Shown here one piece after another: positions 1 through 10,909 of a DNA stretch of 64,000 nt. The notes under the pieces were generated by a model that saw only the letters and a program-made list of their open reading frames with translations, made no database searches and was not told the DNA's origin. The stretch is from Phaeosaccion multiseriatum. Lineage: Eukaryota > Protista > Ochrophyta, other classes. The stretch is taken from the NCBI GenBank assembly GCA_965112735.1, contig OZ218951.1, positions 4,898,001 to 4,962,000 on the forward strand, in the 5' to 3' direction. Every line of letters begins with the position of its first letter. Position 1 is the first letter of the stretch. The translations under genes and the position numbers were made by a program.

Positions 1-115
1 CTCTTACGCTGTCTCTTGTGTACCCCCCTCTCGCATTCTCTCTTCCTCTTCCTCTGTCTCTCACTCCCTCTCTCCTGGTCCCCCCTCCCACTCTCCCTCT
101 CCCACACCTTATCAG

Positions 116-226
116 GGCAAGAAACTTGATCGCGAAGTGGCGGCCACAATAAACGGCGTGGCCTTCCTGCTGCTGCTTGCCCTGGGCATATCTGCCACAG
201 TGGGTGACATAATGCTCCAAAAATAA
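116..226 (+). CDS. Terminal exon of an M50/RseP-like (ARASP-type) membrane zinc metalloprotease; the rest of the gene lies upstream of the window
   Basis: Pyrimidine tract + CAG acceptor at 113-115, then GKKLDREVAATINGVAFLLLLALGISATVGDIMLQK*. This resembles the C-terminal 'RGK.L...E..I...G..LLL.L....t..DI' helix of RseP-family proteases. Only 36 aa are visible. Confidence 0.6.
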   Translation, partial: GKKLDREVAATINGVAFLLLLALGISATVGDIMLQK

Positions 227-794
227 ATCCATCCATCTTGTCAATAAAAACACCTCTGAAGTTCTCCCGAGGGGAGGACCCCTTTCACAAGTAGTAGTAC
301 TGGGAGGACAAGTAGCTTACGTTAGCCTATTCAGGAAGAGGGGGGGGGGGGCGGCTAGCGGCGCCGTGCGGGCGTCGCCATTTTTTGTGGCGTTTCTGAA
401 CTTGAAGTTCGTCGCCGCCCTACTGGAAAGGCAAACGTCCCCCTCCTTCCTCTAAAGTTCCGTACGCTGCTGGTACTATAACGATGGAAATGACAAGGTA
501 GAGAAACCCAAAGCCAGCCTAGCAGCCAGCCTTGCCTCTATTAGCTTATCTATGATCTATGTGTCTATCTTAAAACGACCACGGCTGGCGGATAGTGGCG
601 CTGTACAATAGGCCACCATGCATTGTCCGATGCCTGGCCCTTCCTTCACATCCTACTACTACTTACATAAACGAGAGAGATATATACGGTATTCCATACA
701 AACACGGAGTCTGGAGAATCTGCAACACGCAACAAGCTGCGCCTTCCCGACCACATCTCAACTATCGTATGAGTTGATGCCGCCCGACACCACC

Positions 795-3700
795 TCAAAC
801 GGGGCAAGCCTGGAAGCGGCCGAAACCGCAATAGCGGCATTCACTCGTGGAAACCTTCTTGATCAAGGCCCCGCAGCCAAGGCCGCTGTCCTCGTACTGT
901 CCGGGGGGGGGCGACTCGCCGCCGGGGCACGTCTTGTCGAAGACGCAGGGCTCGTAGGGGTTGGCGGCGAGACAGGCAGCGGCGCACTCGTCCGGGACAG
1001 GCGCGTAGGTCGGAGGGTGGGTAGGAGGGGGTGTGGTCAGGTAGGTAGGAGGAGGGGTGGGCACGTAGGTGGGAGGAGGAGTGGCGACGTAGGTCGGCGT
1101 TGGCGTGGGCGGGTCGTCACAGCCGGGCTTGGGGGGGCAGCTGGTGTCCGCGGGGCAGCTGGCGTCGCCAGAGAGCATGTCGCACCTACGGCAGGTCGGC
1201 ATACCGAACAGGTTGCACCCCTGCTGATTGCGGGCCGCATATGAGCGGCTCGTGCTGCGGCCGGAGCAGGAGTTGTCGATGAAGCAGGTGAGACCCTGAG
1301 CGCCGCACATGTTCTGGCACTGGGTGCAGTCTTGGTCCAGGCAGTCCTCTGCGCGGGTAGGCGAAGACACAAGAGGGGGGGGGGGGGCGGTGAGGGGCAT
1401 GGGTGTGATTCAGTGCTGGGTGAGAGAAGAGACAGGCATTGTGAGCGGAAACGCAAGGCAGCAGCAGTGGTGGTGCCGCTTGAACGTGATTGATTGAGGA
1501 AGGCATCGAAGCAAGCGGAGGCACAGTTTTCGTACCTGGCGGGGTCGGAGGGGGTGTGGTCGGGTAGGTCGGAGGGGGTGTGGTCGGGTAGGTAGGAGGA
1601 GCAGGAGTGGGGTCGCCGGTCGGCGTTGGCGTGGGCGCGTCGTAACAGCCGGGCTTGGGGGGGCAGCTGGTGTCCGCGGGGCAGCTGGCGTCGCCATAGA
1701 GCTTGTCGCACCTGCGGCAGGTCGGAATGCCGAAGAGGTTGCACCCCTGTTGATTGCGGGCCGCATATGAGCGGCTCGTGCTGCCGCCGGAGCAGGAGTT
1801 GTCGATGAAGCAGGTGAGACCCTGGGCGCCGCACAAGTTCTGGCACTGGGTGCAGTCTTGATCCAGGCATTCCTCTGTTCGAGTAGGCGAGGACACAAGA
1901 GGGGGGGGGGGCGGTGAGGGGCATGGGTGTGATTCAGTGCTGGGTGAGAGAGGAGACAGGCATTGTGAGCGGAAACGCAAGGCAGCAGCAGTGGTGGTGC
2001 CGCTTGAACGTGAGGAAGGCATCGAAGCGGAGGCACAGTTTTCGCTCGTACCTGGGTGGGTAGGGGGGGGGGTGGTCGGGTAGGTCGGAGGGGGTGTGGT
2101 CGGGTAGGTCGGAGGAGGAGTGGGGATAGGGCTCCCGGTGGGCATGGTGGTGGGTGCGACCGTAGGTGCAAGCGTCGGAGCGGGGTAGGTCGGGGCCTGA
2201 GAATGGCAGACGATTGATGGAGGGCCGTGTGGCCGGGAGGAACAGCGACGGAGGTGGGGCGAGCATGGCGCTGGGGTTAGCAACAAGCAACCACCAGTCA
2301 GGGAGAGAGGGAGGACAGACAGGGGAGGACGGCACCGCTAGCCCCCACATACCGGAGTGGGTGAGGGGGTGGGGGCCACCGCGATGATCTCTTGGATCTT
2401 GATGGAGATGAAGGCGTTCGTGAAGGCCTCGGCCAGAATCCCTGCAGGGGTCGAAGCCGAATACACACACACACGCAGACACACGTAGCAGCAAGAGCAG
2501 CAGCAGTGGCTATCAGTGGGCAAGAGCGGGAAGAGGGGAAGCGAGGTGGGCAAGCTAAGCAAGGGAGAAGAGAGACAAGAGAGGGCTCCCCGAACTCCCT
2601 TACAGCCCAATTTCCTTACCTCCGCTGTCAAGGAGATTCAGATTCCACACGCCACCCCCCGTGGCGTAGGCGAGTGGTGCATAGTCTCTGACACCGCGCC
2701 CTGGGCTGAAAGGTGACTGGCTGACGTCTGCTGTGGTTACGAAGCCCCCCGAGCCGTCGGAGGAGTAGGTGGTGTACGTCTCCACATCACCCTCGTTCGG
2801 GATGGGCTCTTGCGTAACTCCAAGGATGGAGCCAGAACTGTGCGTGCATGTCGGTGAGGGGTGAGGGGGTCTGGTGCTTAGGCGATCGGGTGTTGCTTGC
2901 TGCATCGTAGCTGCTGCTTGTGTCGCAACGACGACGGAAGGAGGCTTTCCCGGCTTGCTTGGCTTATAAACTGCTAACGCTGACTCGCCCACCCAGCATG
3001 TCGTTACCAAGCTTACCTTCCGAGGTTGTCGACGACGGTGTTCATGATCCACCCGTCCTCGATCAGCAGGGCGGTGGTGGTGGCTGGAGGCCGCAAGAGC
3101 GTTCGAAAGTAGGGTTAGAGTGGCGAACAAGTCTAGCGACGCACAGCCACATAGTATATACACACACACAGCGAGAGAGGGAGAGAGAGAAGCCAAAAAG
3201 GCGTTCCAAAACAATTGAACTCACCGAGAGTGTCTGTTGAAGATACTTCACTGCGCTCCTCATCCGTGACCAGAATGCCCACGCGAATGGTAGCGTCGCA
3301 GCTGCCAGCAGGCGTGAGCGATTGAAGCGAGAGAGGGAAATGGATGAGAGTAGCTAGCAGCAGGAAAACTATACTCAGTCGCTCCCCCTGCCCATCCCCT
3401 TTACGTTACTGTATGCATAAGGCAAAACAGGCACCTCTGCCTCTACTACGCCTATACACACACCTCGAGTCGACTGGGAGGGCGTCCACTTCACCGTCGG
3501 CGAATGCGATGGCGAGGTACCCATCCTCTACCCCTCCGGCGATCTGGTAGGGGTTGGTGTACGTCGCCGCGTCCCACTCGCCGCAGCCTAAGTTCCTCGG
3601 CTCCCTCTCAAACCCAATGCTGCACAGGTAGTTGGGGCCGAAGCCCTCAGAGGAAATGTCGGTGAAGAGCTTGGGGAGGACGTCCGTCGAGATCCACTCC

Positions 3701-3831
3701 TGTGCGCCGCGCATGCTGCCTGACTCGTCCATCACCACACCCACGATGACGCAGGTGCCTGCCGAGGCTGGGTTCCACGTGAACGCGATGCCGGTGAGAA
3801 GGCCAAGGAGCACGTTGCTTTTGCGAGCCAT
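795..3831 (-). CDS. Secreted VWA-domain protein with Pro/Thr stalk, 2 Cys-rich modules and a Cys-rich C-terminal domain (copy 1, 8 exons)
   Basis: Signal peptide MARKSNVLLGLLTGIAFTWNPASA; MIDAS DESGS; GGVEDGY; ILVTDE; DYAPLAYATGG. Phase-consistent GT-AG exons include 3831-3464, 3301-3225, ~3083-3017, ~2837-2620, ~2441-2353, ~2196-2052, 1874-1536 and 1348-795. Confidence 0.85.
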
Positions 3832-3967
3832 CCTTGCGTGCTGCTCTGCTGCTCTGCTGGCGCTCTGCTGTCGCTGCTGTTCTTTCAGCTCGCTCGTACT
3901 GCTACTAGACTAGGCTAGGGGCGAGTGTGTTTGTGAGGACTCGCTCCCTCGCTCGCTCTCTCATGCT

Positions 3968-4447
3968 CAACTACATTTTTATTTTCTTCTTCACCCTTTT
4001 TATTTGCGCCCTGCCTCTTGAACTTCAATGCTTAACTCCGTGCATGGCTGGCATCCAGATTACGGGGTTATTTCACTGCATCTCAACTACATGTTCTTCA
4101 CTCTTTTTGATTGCGCCCTCTTGGCTGAACTTCAATGGTTAACTCGTGCGTGCATGGCATCCAGATTGCGGGGGTATTTCACTGCACTATTGTACTGCGA
4201 AGCATTTTTGGTGACGGCACTATTATTACTATTGTACTGCGAAGCATTTTTGGTGACGGGTAAGGCGTGACGAAGAAGAGGTGGGGTGGCGGCGGAAAGT
4301 TTCTTCTTTCTCTTTGCTTTGCACTGGTTGAAGCTCTTCTCGTTCTTTTCCATCACGATTTTGTTTGACTTGCGCCCTCTCGAACTTCACTGCTAAAACT
4401 CGTGCATGGTGCGTGCATGGACTCCCAGATTCCGATTTATTTCTGCA
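3968..4447. repeat. Three degenerate ~100-115-bp repeats plus a ~32-bp direct repeat upstream of VWA copy 1
   Basis: The motif ttgcgccctc..gaacttca..taactc.gtgcatgg..ccagatt..atttc recurs at about 3968-4080, 4084-4186 and 4360-4447. ctattgtactgcgaagcatttttggtgacgg occurs twice (about 4187 and 4229). Only one partial copy is seen upstream of copy 2 (about 10671-10740). Confidence 0.7.
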
Positions 4448-4583
4448 GCAGAGCAGAGCAGAGATGGGAAGGGAAAAGGGAGAGAAGGTTGCGGCTGTAA
4501 AACCGTTACTTTTAGGAAATCAAATCGGATGGCACTAGATGGTCTTTTACTATGCCGCTCCTTCACTGCTAAAAATCACAACC

Positions 4584-5250
4584 ATGTCGTCTTCGTCGGA
4601 GGATGATGGCGTCGACCAAGCTCGGTGGATGAAAGCAACGATTCCCGTCGAGAGAGGAGGAGGGGGAGGGTGGCGAGCTGCGTCGGCCGTGTCGGAAGGA
4701 GGCGGGGCCGCGTCGAGCGCCAAGCAATCGCGGTAGTGCCTAGTGCCTAGTGGTGGTGGTGGTGGTGGGGGGGGGGGGCGATGGCAGAGGAAGAAGGGGA
4801 AGAGTAAGGGGCAAAGTCGCGAGGGATAGTAGTGAAAGTGATAGCAGTGTCAGTCGAGGAGGAGGAGGAGGAGGAGGAGGAGGAGGAGGAGGAGGAGGAG
4901 GAGGAGGAGGAGGAGGAGGAGGAGGAGGAGGAGGAGGAGGAGGAGGAGGAGGAGGAGGAGGAGGAGGAGGAGGAGGAGGAGGAGGAGGAGGAGGAGGAGG
5001 AGGAGGAGGAGGAGCAGCGAGGAGGAGCGAGGAGGAGGAGGAGGAGGAGGAGCGAGGAGGAGGAGGAGGAGGAGGAGGAGGAGGAGGAGGAGGAGTAGGA
5101 GGAGGAGGAGGAGGAGGAGGAGGAGGAGGAGGAGGAGGAGGAGGAGGAGGAGGAGGAGGAGGAGGAGGAGGAGGAGGAGGAGGAGGAGGAGGAGGAGGAG
5201 GAGGAGGAGGAGGAGGAGGAGGAGGAGGAGGAGGAGGAGGAGGAGGAGGA
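4584..5250 (+). pseudogene. Truncated duplicate of exon 1 of the acidic protein gene at 10910
   Basis: MSSSSEDDGVDQAR..IPVERGGGGG..AASAVSEGGGAASSA is homologous to 10910-11160. It has an in-frame TAG at 4734-4736, runs into a (GAG)n tract, and has no downstream exons. Confidence 0.75.
4856..5250. repeat. (GAG)n microsatellite, about 130 units
   Basis: Near-perfect trinucleotide run. Confidence 0.95.
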
Positions 5251-5869
5251 GGCTGCCAAGAGGCTGCCTAGAGGCTGCCTAGAGGCGAGATAGAGGCGAG
5301 ATAGAGTTCGCCTAGGACTTGAAAGTGAGCTGCCTACTAGAGCGGCCGGAGGCCGAGCCACCTAGCGGCCTGGAGCCAAGCTGCTGGCCTAGGCGTTCAT
5401 GGTGCTCATGCCTATGAAGGGGTGACATCCGTTCATTACCTCAAGGCAACATGCGGACGGTTGGACTGCCTTGGCAGTGCGTTGCATCTTGTAATGTGGA
5501 TGCTGCCGCTACGCAACAGATCCTCTCGGCTGGTGCGGATGTCGATGGAAGTCGCTACAGCCAACAGGATTGTATCCAGCCTAAAGCAAGCCTAGCTAGT
5601 AGCCCCTGCCTTGCCTGTATTCGCTTAACTATGTGTCTATCTTAAAACGACCACGGCTGGCGGATAGTGGCGCTGTACAATAGGCCACCATGCATTGTCC
5701 GATGCCTGGCCCTTCCTTCACATCCTACTACTACTTACCTAAACGAGAGAGAGACTACGGTATACCAGCCATACACGGAGCCTGGAGTCACCAGATACAG
5801 TACTCAAAACGCAAGCTGCCCCTTCCCGACCAAATCTCTACTATCTTACGAGTTGATGCCGACACCACC

Positions 5870-8800
5870 TCAAACGGGGCAAGCCTGGAAGGGGCCGAAA
5901 CCGCAATAGCGACATTCACTCGTGGAAACCTTCTTGATCAAGGCCCCGCAGCCAAGGCCGCTGTCCTCGTACTGTCCGGGGGGGGGCGACTCGCCGCCGG
6001 GGCACGTCTTGTCGAAGACGCAGGGCTCGTAGGGGTTGGCGGCGAGACAGGCAGCGGCGCACTCGTCCGGGACAGGCGCGTAGGTCGGAGGGTGGGTAGG
6101 AGGGGGTGTGGTCACGTAGGTGGGAGGAGGGGAATGCACGTAGGTGGGAGGAGGAGTGGCGACGTAGGTCGGCGTTGGTGTGGGCGGGTCGTCGCAGCCG
6201 GGCTTGGGGGGGCAGCTGGTGTCCGCGGGGCAGCTGGCGTCGCCAGAGAGCTTGTCGCACCTGCGGCAGGTCGGAATGCCGAAGAGGTTGCACCCCTGGC
6301 CGCCGGGGCAGGAGGTGTCGATGAAGCAGGTGAGGCCCTGAGCGCCGCACATGTTCTGGCACTGGATACAGTCTTGGTCCAGGCAGTCCTCTGCGCGGGT
6401 AGGCGAGGACACAAGAGGGGGGGCGGGGCGGTGAGGGGCATGGGTGTGATTCAGTGCTGGGTGAGAGAGGAGACAGGCATTGTGAGCGGAAACGCAAGGC
6501 AGCAGCAGCAGTGGTGGTGCCGCTTGAACGTGAGTGACTGAGGAAGGCATCGAAGCGGAGGCACAGTTTTCGTACCTGGGTGGGTAGGAGGGGGTGTGGT
6601 CACGTAGGTCGGAGGAGGGGAATGCACGTAGGTGGGAGGAGGAGTGGCGACGTAGGTCGGCGTTGGCGTGGGCGCATCGTCGCAGCCGGGCTTGGGGGGG
6701 CAGCTGGTGTCCGCGGGGCAGCTGGCGTCGCCAGAGAGCTTGTCGCACCTGCGGCAGGTCGGAATACCGAAGAGGTTGCACCCCTGGCCGCCGGGGCAGG
6801 AGTTGTCGATGAAGCAGGTGAGACCCTGAGCGCCGCACATGTTCTGGCACTGGATACAGTCTTGGTCCAGGCAGTCCTCTGCGCGGGTAGGCGAGGACAC
6901 AAGAGGGGGGGGGGGGGGCGGTGAGGGGCGTGGGTGTGATTCAATGCTGGGTGAGAGAGGAGACAGGCATTGTGAGCGGAAACGCAAGGCAGCAGCAGTG
7001 GTGGTGGTGCCGCTTGAACGTGAGTGACTGAGGAAGGCATCGAAGCGGAGGCACAGTTTTCTTACCTGGGTGGGTAGGAGGGGGTGTGGTCACGTAGGTC
7101 GGAGGAGGGGAATGCACGTAGGTGGGAGGAGGAGTGGCGACGTAGGTCGGCGTTGGCGTGGGCGCGTCGTCGCAGCCGGGCTTGGGGGGGCAGCTGGTGT
7201 CCGCGGGGCAGCTGGCGTCGCCAGAGAGCTTGTCGCACCTGCGGCAGGTCGGAATGCCGAAGAGGTTGCACCCCTGGCCGCCGGGGCAGGAGGTGTCGAT
7301 GAAGCAGGTGAGGCCCTGAGCGTCGCATAAGTTCTGGCACTGGATACAGTCTTGGTCCAGGCAGTCCTCTGCGCGGGTAGGCGAGGACACAAGAGGGGGG
7401 GGGGGCGGTGAGGGGCATGGGTGTGATTCAGTGCTGGGTGAGAGAGGAGACAGGCATTGTGAGCGGAAACGCAAGGCAGCAGCAGCAGTGGTGGTGCCGC
7501 TTGAACGTGATTGACTGAGGAAGGCATCGAAGCAAGCGGAGGCACAGTTTTCGTACCTGGGTGGGTAGGAGGGGGTGTGGTCGGGTAGGTCGGAGGGGGT
7601 GTGGTCGGGTAGGTCGGAGGAGGAGTGGGGATAGGGCTCCCGGTGGGCATGGTGGTGGGTGCGGCCGTTGGGGCGAGCGTCGGGGCGGCGGAGCTCGGTG
7701 CCTGAGAATGACGATGGAGGACCACAGGACAGCAGGATAAGCTAAGCTCCCAGGAGAATATTAGAAGAGAGGAGGCGAGCGAGGGGGGGATGGGGAAGGT
7801 AGGCGAAGGGCAGAGGGTGGAGGAGGGCACCCGGCCGCCTCGTCACATACCTGAGTGGGTGTTGCAGTGGGAGCAGCAGTCGTTGGAGCTACGGTCGGCA
7901 GAGCCGTAGGTGCAAGCGTCGGAGCGGGGGTGGTCGGGACCTGAGAATGCAGACGATTGATGGAGGGCCGTGTGGCCGGGAGTAATAGCGGCGGAGGTGG
8001 GGCGAGTATGGCGCAGGGGTTAGCAACAAGCAACCAAGCCACGCAACCACCAGCCAGGGAGAGAGGGAGGACAGACAGGGGAGGAAACAGCAGGAAGGCA
8101 CAGGACGGCTAGCCCCTACGTACCGGAGTGGGTGCAGCAGTGGGGGCAGCAGTGGTTGGAGCTGCCGTCGGAGCGGCGGTTGGAGCTAAGGTGGTGGGCG
8201 CCGCCGTGGGGGCGAGCGTCGGAGCGGGGTAGGTCGGGGCCTGAGAATGGCAGACGATTGATGGAAGGCCGTGTGGCCGGGAGCAATAGCGGCGGAGGTG
8301 GGGCGAGTATGGCGCAGGGGTTAGCAACAAGCAACCAAGCCACGCAACCACCAGTCGGGGAGAGAGGGAGGACAGACAGGGGAGAACAATAAGGAGGGCA
8401 GAGAGCGGAGCCACTAGCCCCTACGTACCGGAGTGGGTGCAGCAGTGGGGGCAGCAGTGGTTGGAGCTGCCGTCGGAGCGGCGGTTGGAGCTAAGGTGGT
8501 GGGCGCCGCCGTGGGGGCGAGCGTCGGAGCGGGGGTGGTCGGGGCCTGAGAATGGCAGACGATTGATGGAGGGCCGTGTGGCCGGGAGTAATAGCGGCGG
8601 AGGTGGGGCGAGCATGGCGCAGGGGTTAGCAACAAGCAACCAAGCCACGCAACCACCAGTCAGGGAGAGAGGGAGGAGAAGTAGGGGAGGAAACAGCAGG
8701 CACAGGACGGCACCGCTAGCCCCTACGTACCGGAGTGGGAGCAGCAGTGGGGGCAGCAGTGGTTGGAGCTGCCGTCGGAGCGGCGGTTGGAGCTAAGGTG

Positions 8801-10501
8801 GGCGCCGCCGTGGGGGCGAGCGTCGGAGCGGGGTAGGTCGGGGCCTGAGAATGGCAGAGGATTGATGGAAGGCCGTGTGGCCGGGAGCAATAGCGGCGGA
8901 GGTGGGGCGAGTATGGCGCAGGGGTTAGCAACAAGCAACCAAGCCACGCAACCACCAGCCAGGGAGAGAGGGAGGAGAAGCAGGGGAGGAAACAGCAGGC
9001 ACAGGACGGCACCGCTAGCCCCCACATACCGGAGTGGGTGAAGGGGTGGGGGCCACCGCGATGATCTCTTGGATCTTGATGGAGATGAAGGCGTTCGTGA
9101 AGGCCTCGGCCAGAATCCCTGCACGGGTCGAAGCCGAATACACACACACGCAGACACACGTAGCAGCAAGAGCAGCAGCAGTGGCTATCAGTGGGCAAGA
9201 GCGGGAAGAGGGGAAGCGAGGTGGGCAAGCTAAGCAAGGGAGAAGAGAGACAAGAGAGGGCTCCCCGAACTCCCTTACAGCCCAATTTCCTTACCTCCGC
9301 TGTCAAGGAGATTCAGATTCCACACGCCACCCCCCGTGGCGTAGGCGAGTGGTGCATAGTCTTCAACACCGCCCCCTGGCCTGAAAGGTGACTGGCTGAC
9401 GTCTGCTGTGGTTACGAAGCCCCCCGAGCCGTCGGAGGAGTAGGTGGTGTACGTCTCCACATCACCCTCGTTCGGGAAGGGCTCTTGCGTAACTCCAAGG
9501 ATGGAGCCAGAACTGTGCGTGCATGTCGGTGAGGGGTGAGGGGGTCTGGTGGTTAGGCGATCGGGTGTTGCTTGCTGCATTGTAGCTGCTGCTTGTGTCG
9601 CAACGACGACAAAAGGAGGCTTTCCCGGCTTGCTTGGCTTATAAACTGCTAACGCTGACTCGCCCACCCAGCATGTCGTTGCCAAGCTTACCCGGAGTCG
9701 TCGACGACGGTGTTCATGATCCACCCGTCCTCGATCAGCAGGGCGGTGGTGGTGGCTGGAGGCCGCAAGAGCGTTCGAAAGTAGGGTTAAGAGTGGCGAC
9801 AAGTCTAGCGACGCACAGCCACATAGTATACACACACACAGCGAGAGAGGGAGAGAGAGAAGCCAAAAAGGCGTTCCAAAACAATTGAACTCACCGAGAG
9901 TGTCTGTTGAAGATACTGCACTGCGTTCCTCATCCGTGACCAGAATGCCCACGCGAATGGTAGCGTCGCAGCTGCCAGCAGGCGTGAGCGATTGAAGCGA
10001 GGGAGGGAAATGGATGAGAGTAGCTAGCAGCAGGAAAACTATACTCAGTCGCTCCCCCTGCCCATCCCCTTTATGATACTGTGTGCATAAGGCAAAACAG
10101 GCACCTCTGCCTCTACTACGCCTATACACACACCTCGAGTCGACTGGGAGGGCGTCCACTTCACCGTCGGCGAATGCGATGGCGAGGTACCCATCCTCTA
10201 CCCCTCCGTTGATCTGGTAGGGGTTGGTGTACGTCGCCGCGTCCCACTCGCCGCAGCCCAAGTTCCTCGGCTCCCTCTCAAACCCAATGCTGCACAGGTA
10301 GTTGGGGCCGAAGCCCTCAGAGGAAATGTCGGTGAAGAGCTTGGGGAGGACGTCCGTCGAGATCCACTCCTGCGCGCCCTGCATGCTGCCTGACTCGTCC
10401 ATCACCACACCCACGATGACGCAGGTGCCTGCCGAGGCTGGGTTCCACGTGAACGCGATGCCGGTGAGAAGGCCAAGGAGCACGTTGCTTTTGCGAGCCA
10501 T
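5870..10501 (-). CDS. Secreted VWA-domain protein with an expanded Pro/Thr/Ala stalk, 3 Cys-rich modules and a Cys-rich C-terminal domain (copy 2, about 13 exons)
   Basis: Same five VWA exons as copy 1. Stalk exons 8844-8731, 8545-8429, 8240-8124 and 7940-7851 (all phase 0-0) and 7701-7557. Cys-module exons 7368-7066 and 6878-6576 (303 nt, phase 1-1). Terminal exon 6390-5870. Confidence 0.85.
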
Positions 10502-10909
10502 GCTTGCTGCTGCTACCTGCTGCTCTGGTACCGCTGCTGTTCTTTCAGCTCGCTCGTGCTGCTACTAGGCTAGTAGGGGCGAGCGAGGGAGAGGCAGGGT
10601 CGGTGTGTTTGTGAGGAGTCGCTCTGCCCCTCATGCTCATCCTGCTGGAGCTCATTCTCGTCCATCACCATTTTGTTTGCGCCCTCTCGAACTTCACTGC
10701 TAAAGTAAACTCTTCCATTTCCCCCGATGTATTTCACTGCAGAATATGTTTAATAGATGCCGTGAAGGGGAGAGAAGGGGAGGGGAGAGGAAATCAAGAA
10801 TTCATCAATTGATTCAAATTTGTTACTTTTAGGAAATCAAATCGGATGGCACTAAATGGTCTTTTACTTTTTCTTTTTTTTGAGCGGCTCCTTCACTGAT
10901 TATACAACC

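Noticed and set aside
4747-5361. Long poly-S/G/E/R ORFs here and at 32740-33187, 38308-39978 and 43045-43782
   Set aside because: Stop-free frames produced by microsatellites in introns or pseudogene sequence.
618-6541. Plus-strand ORFs of 208 and 283 aa overlapping the VWA genes
   Set aside because: Antisense shadows of GC-rich minus-strand exons; the splice signals and Cys patterns support the minus strand.
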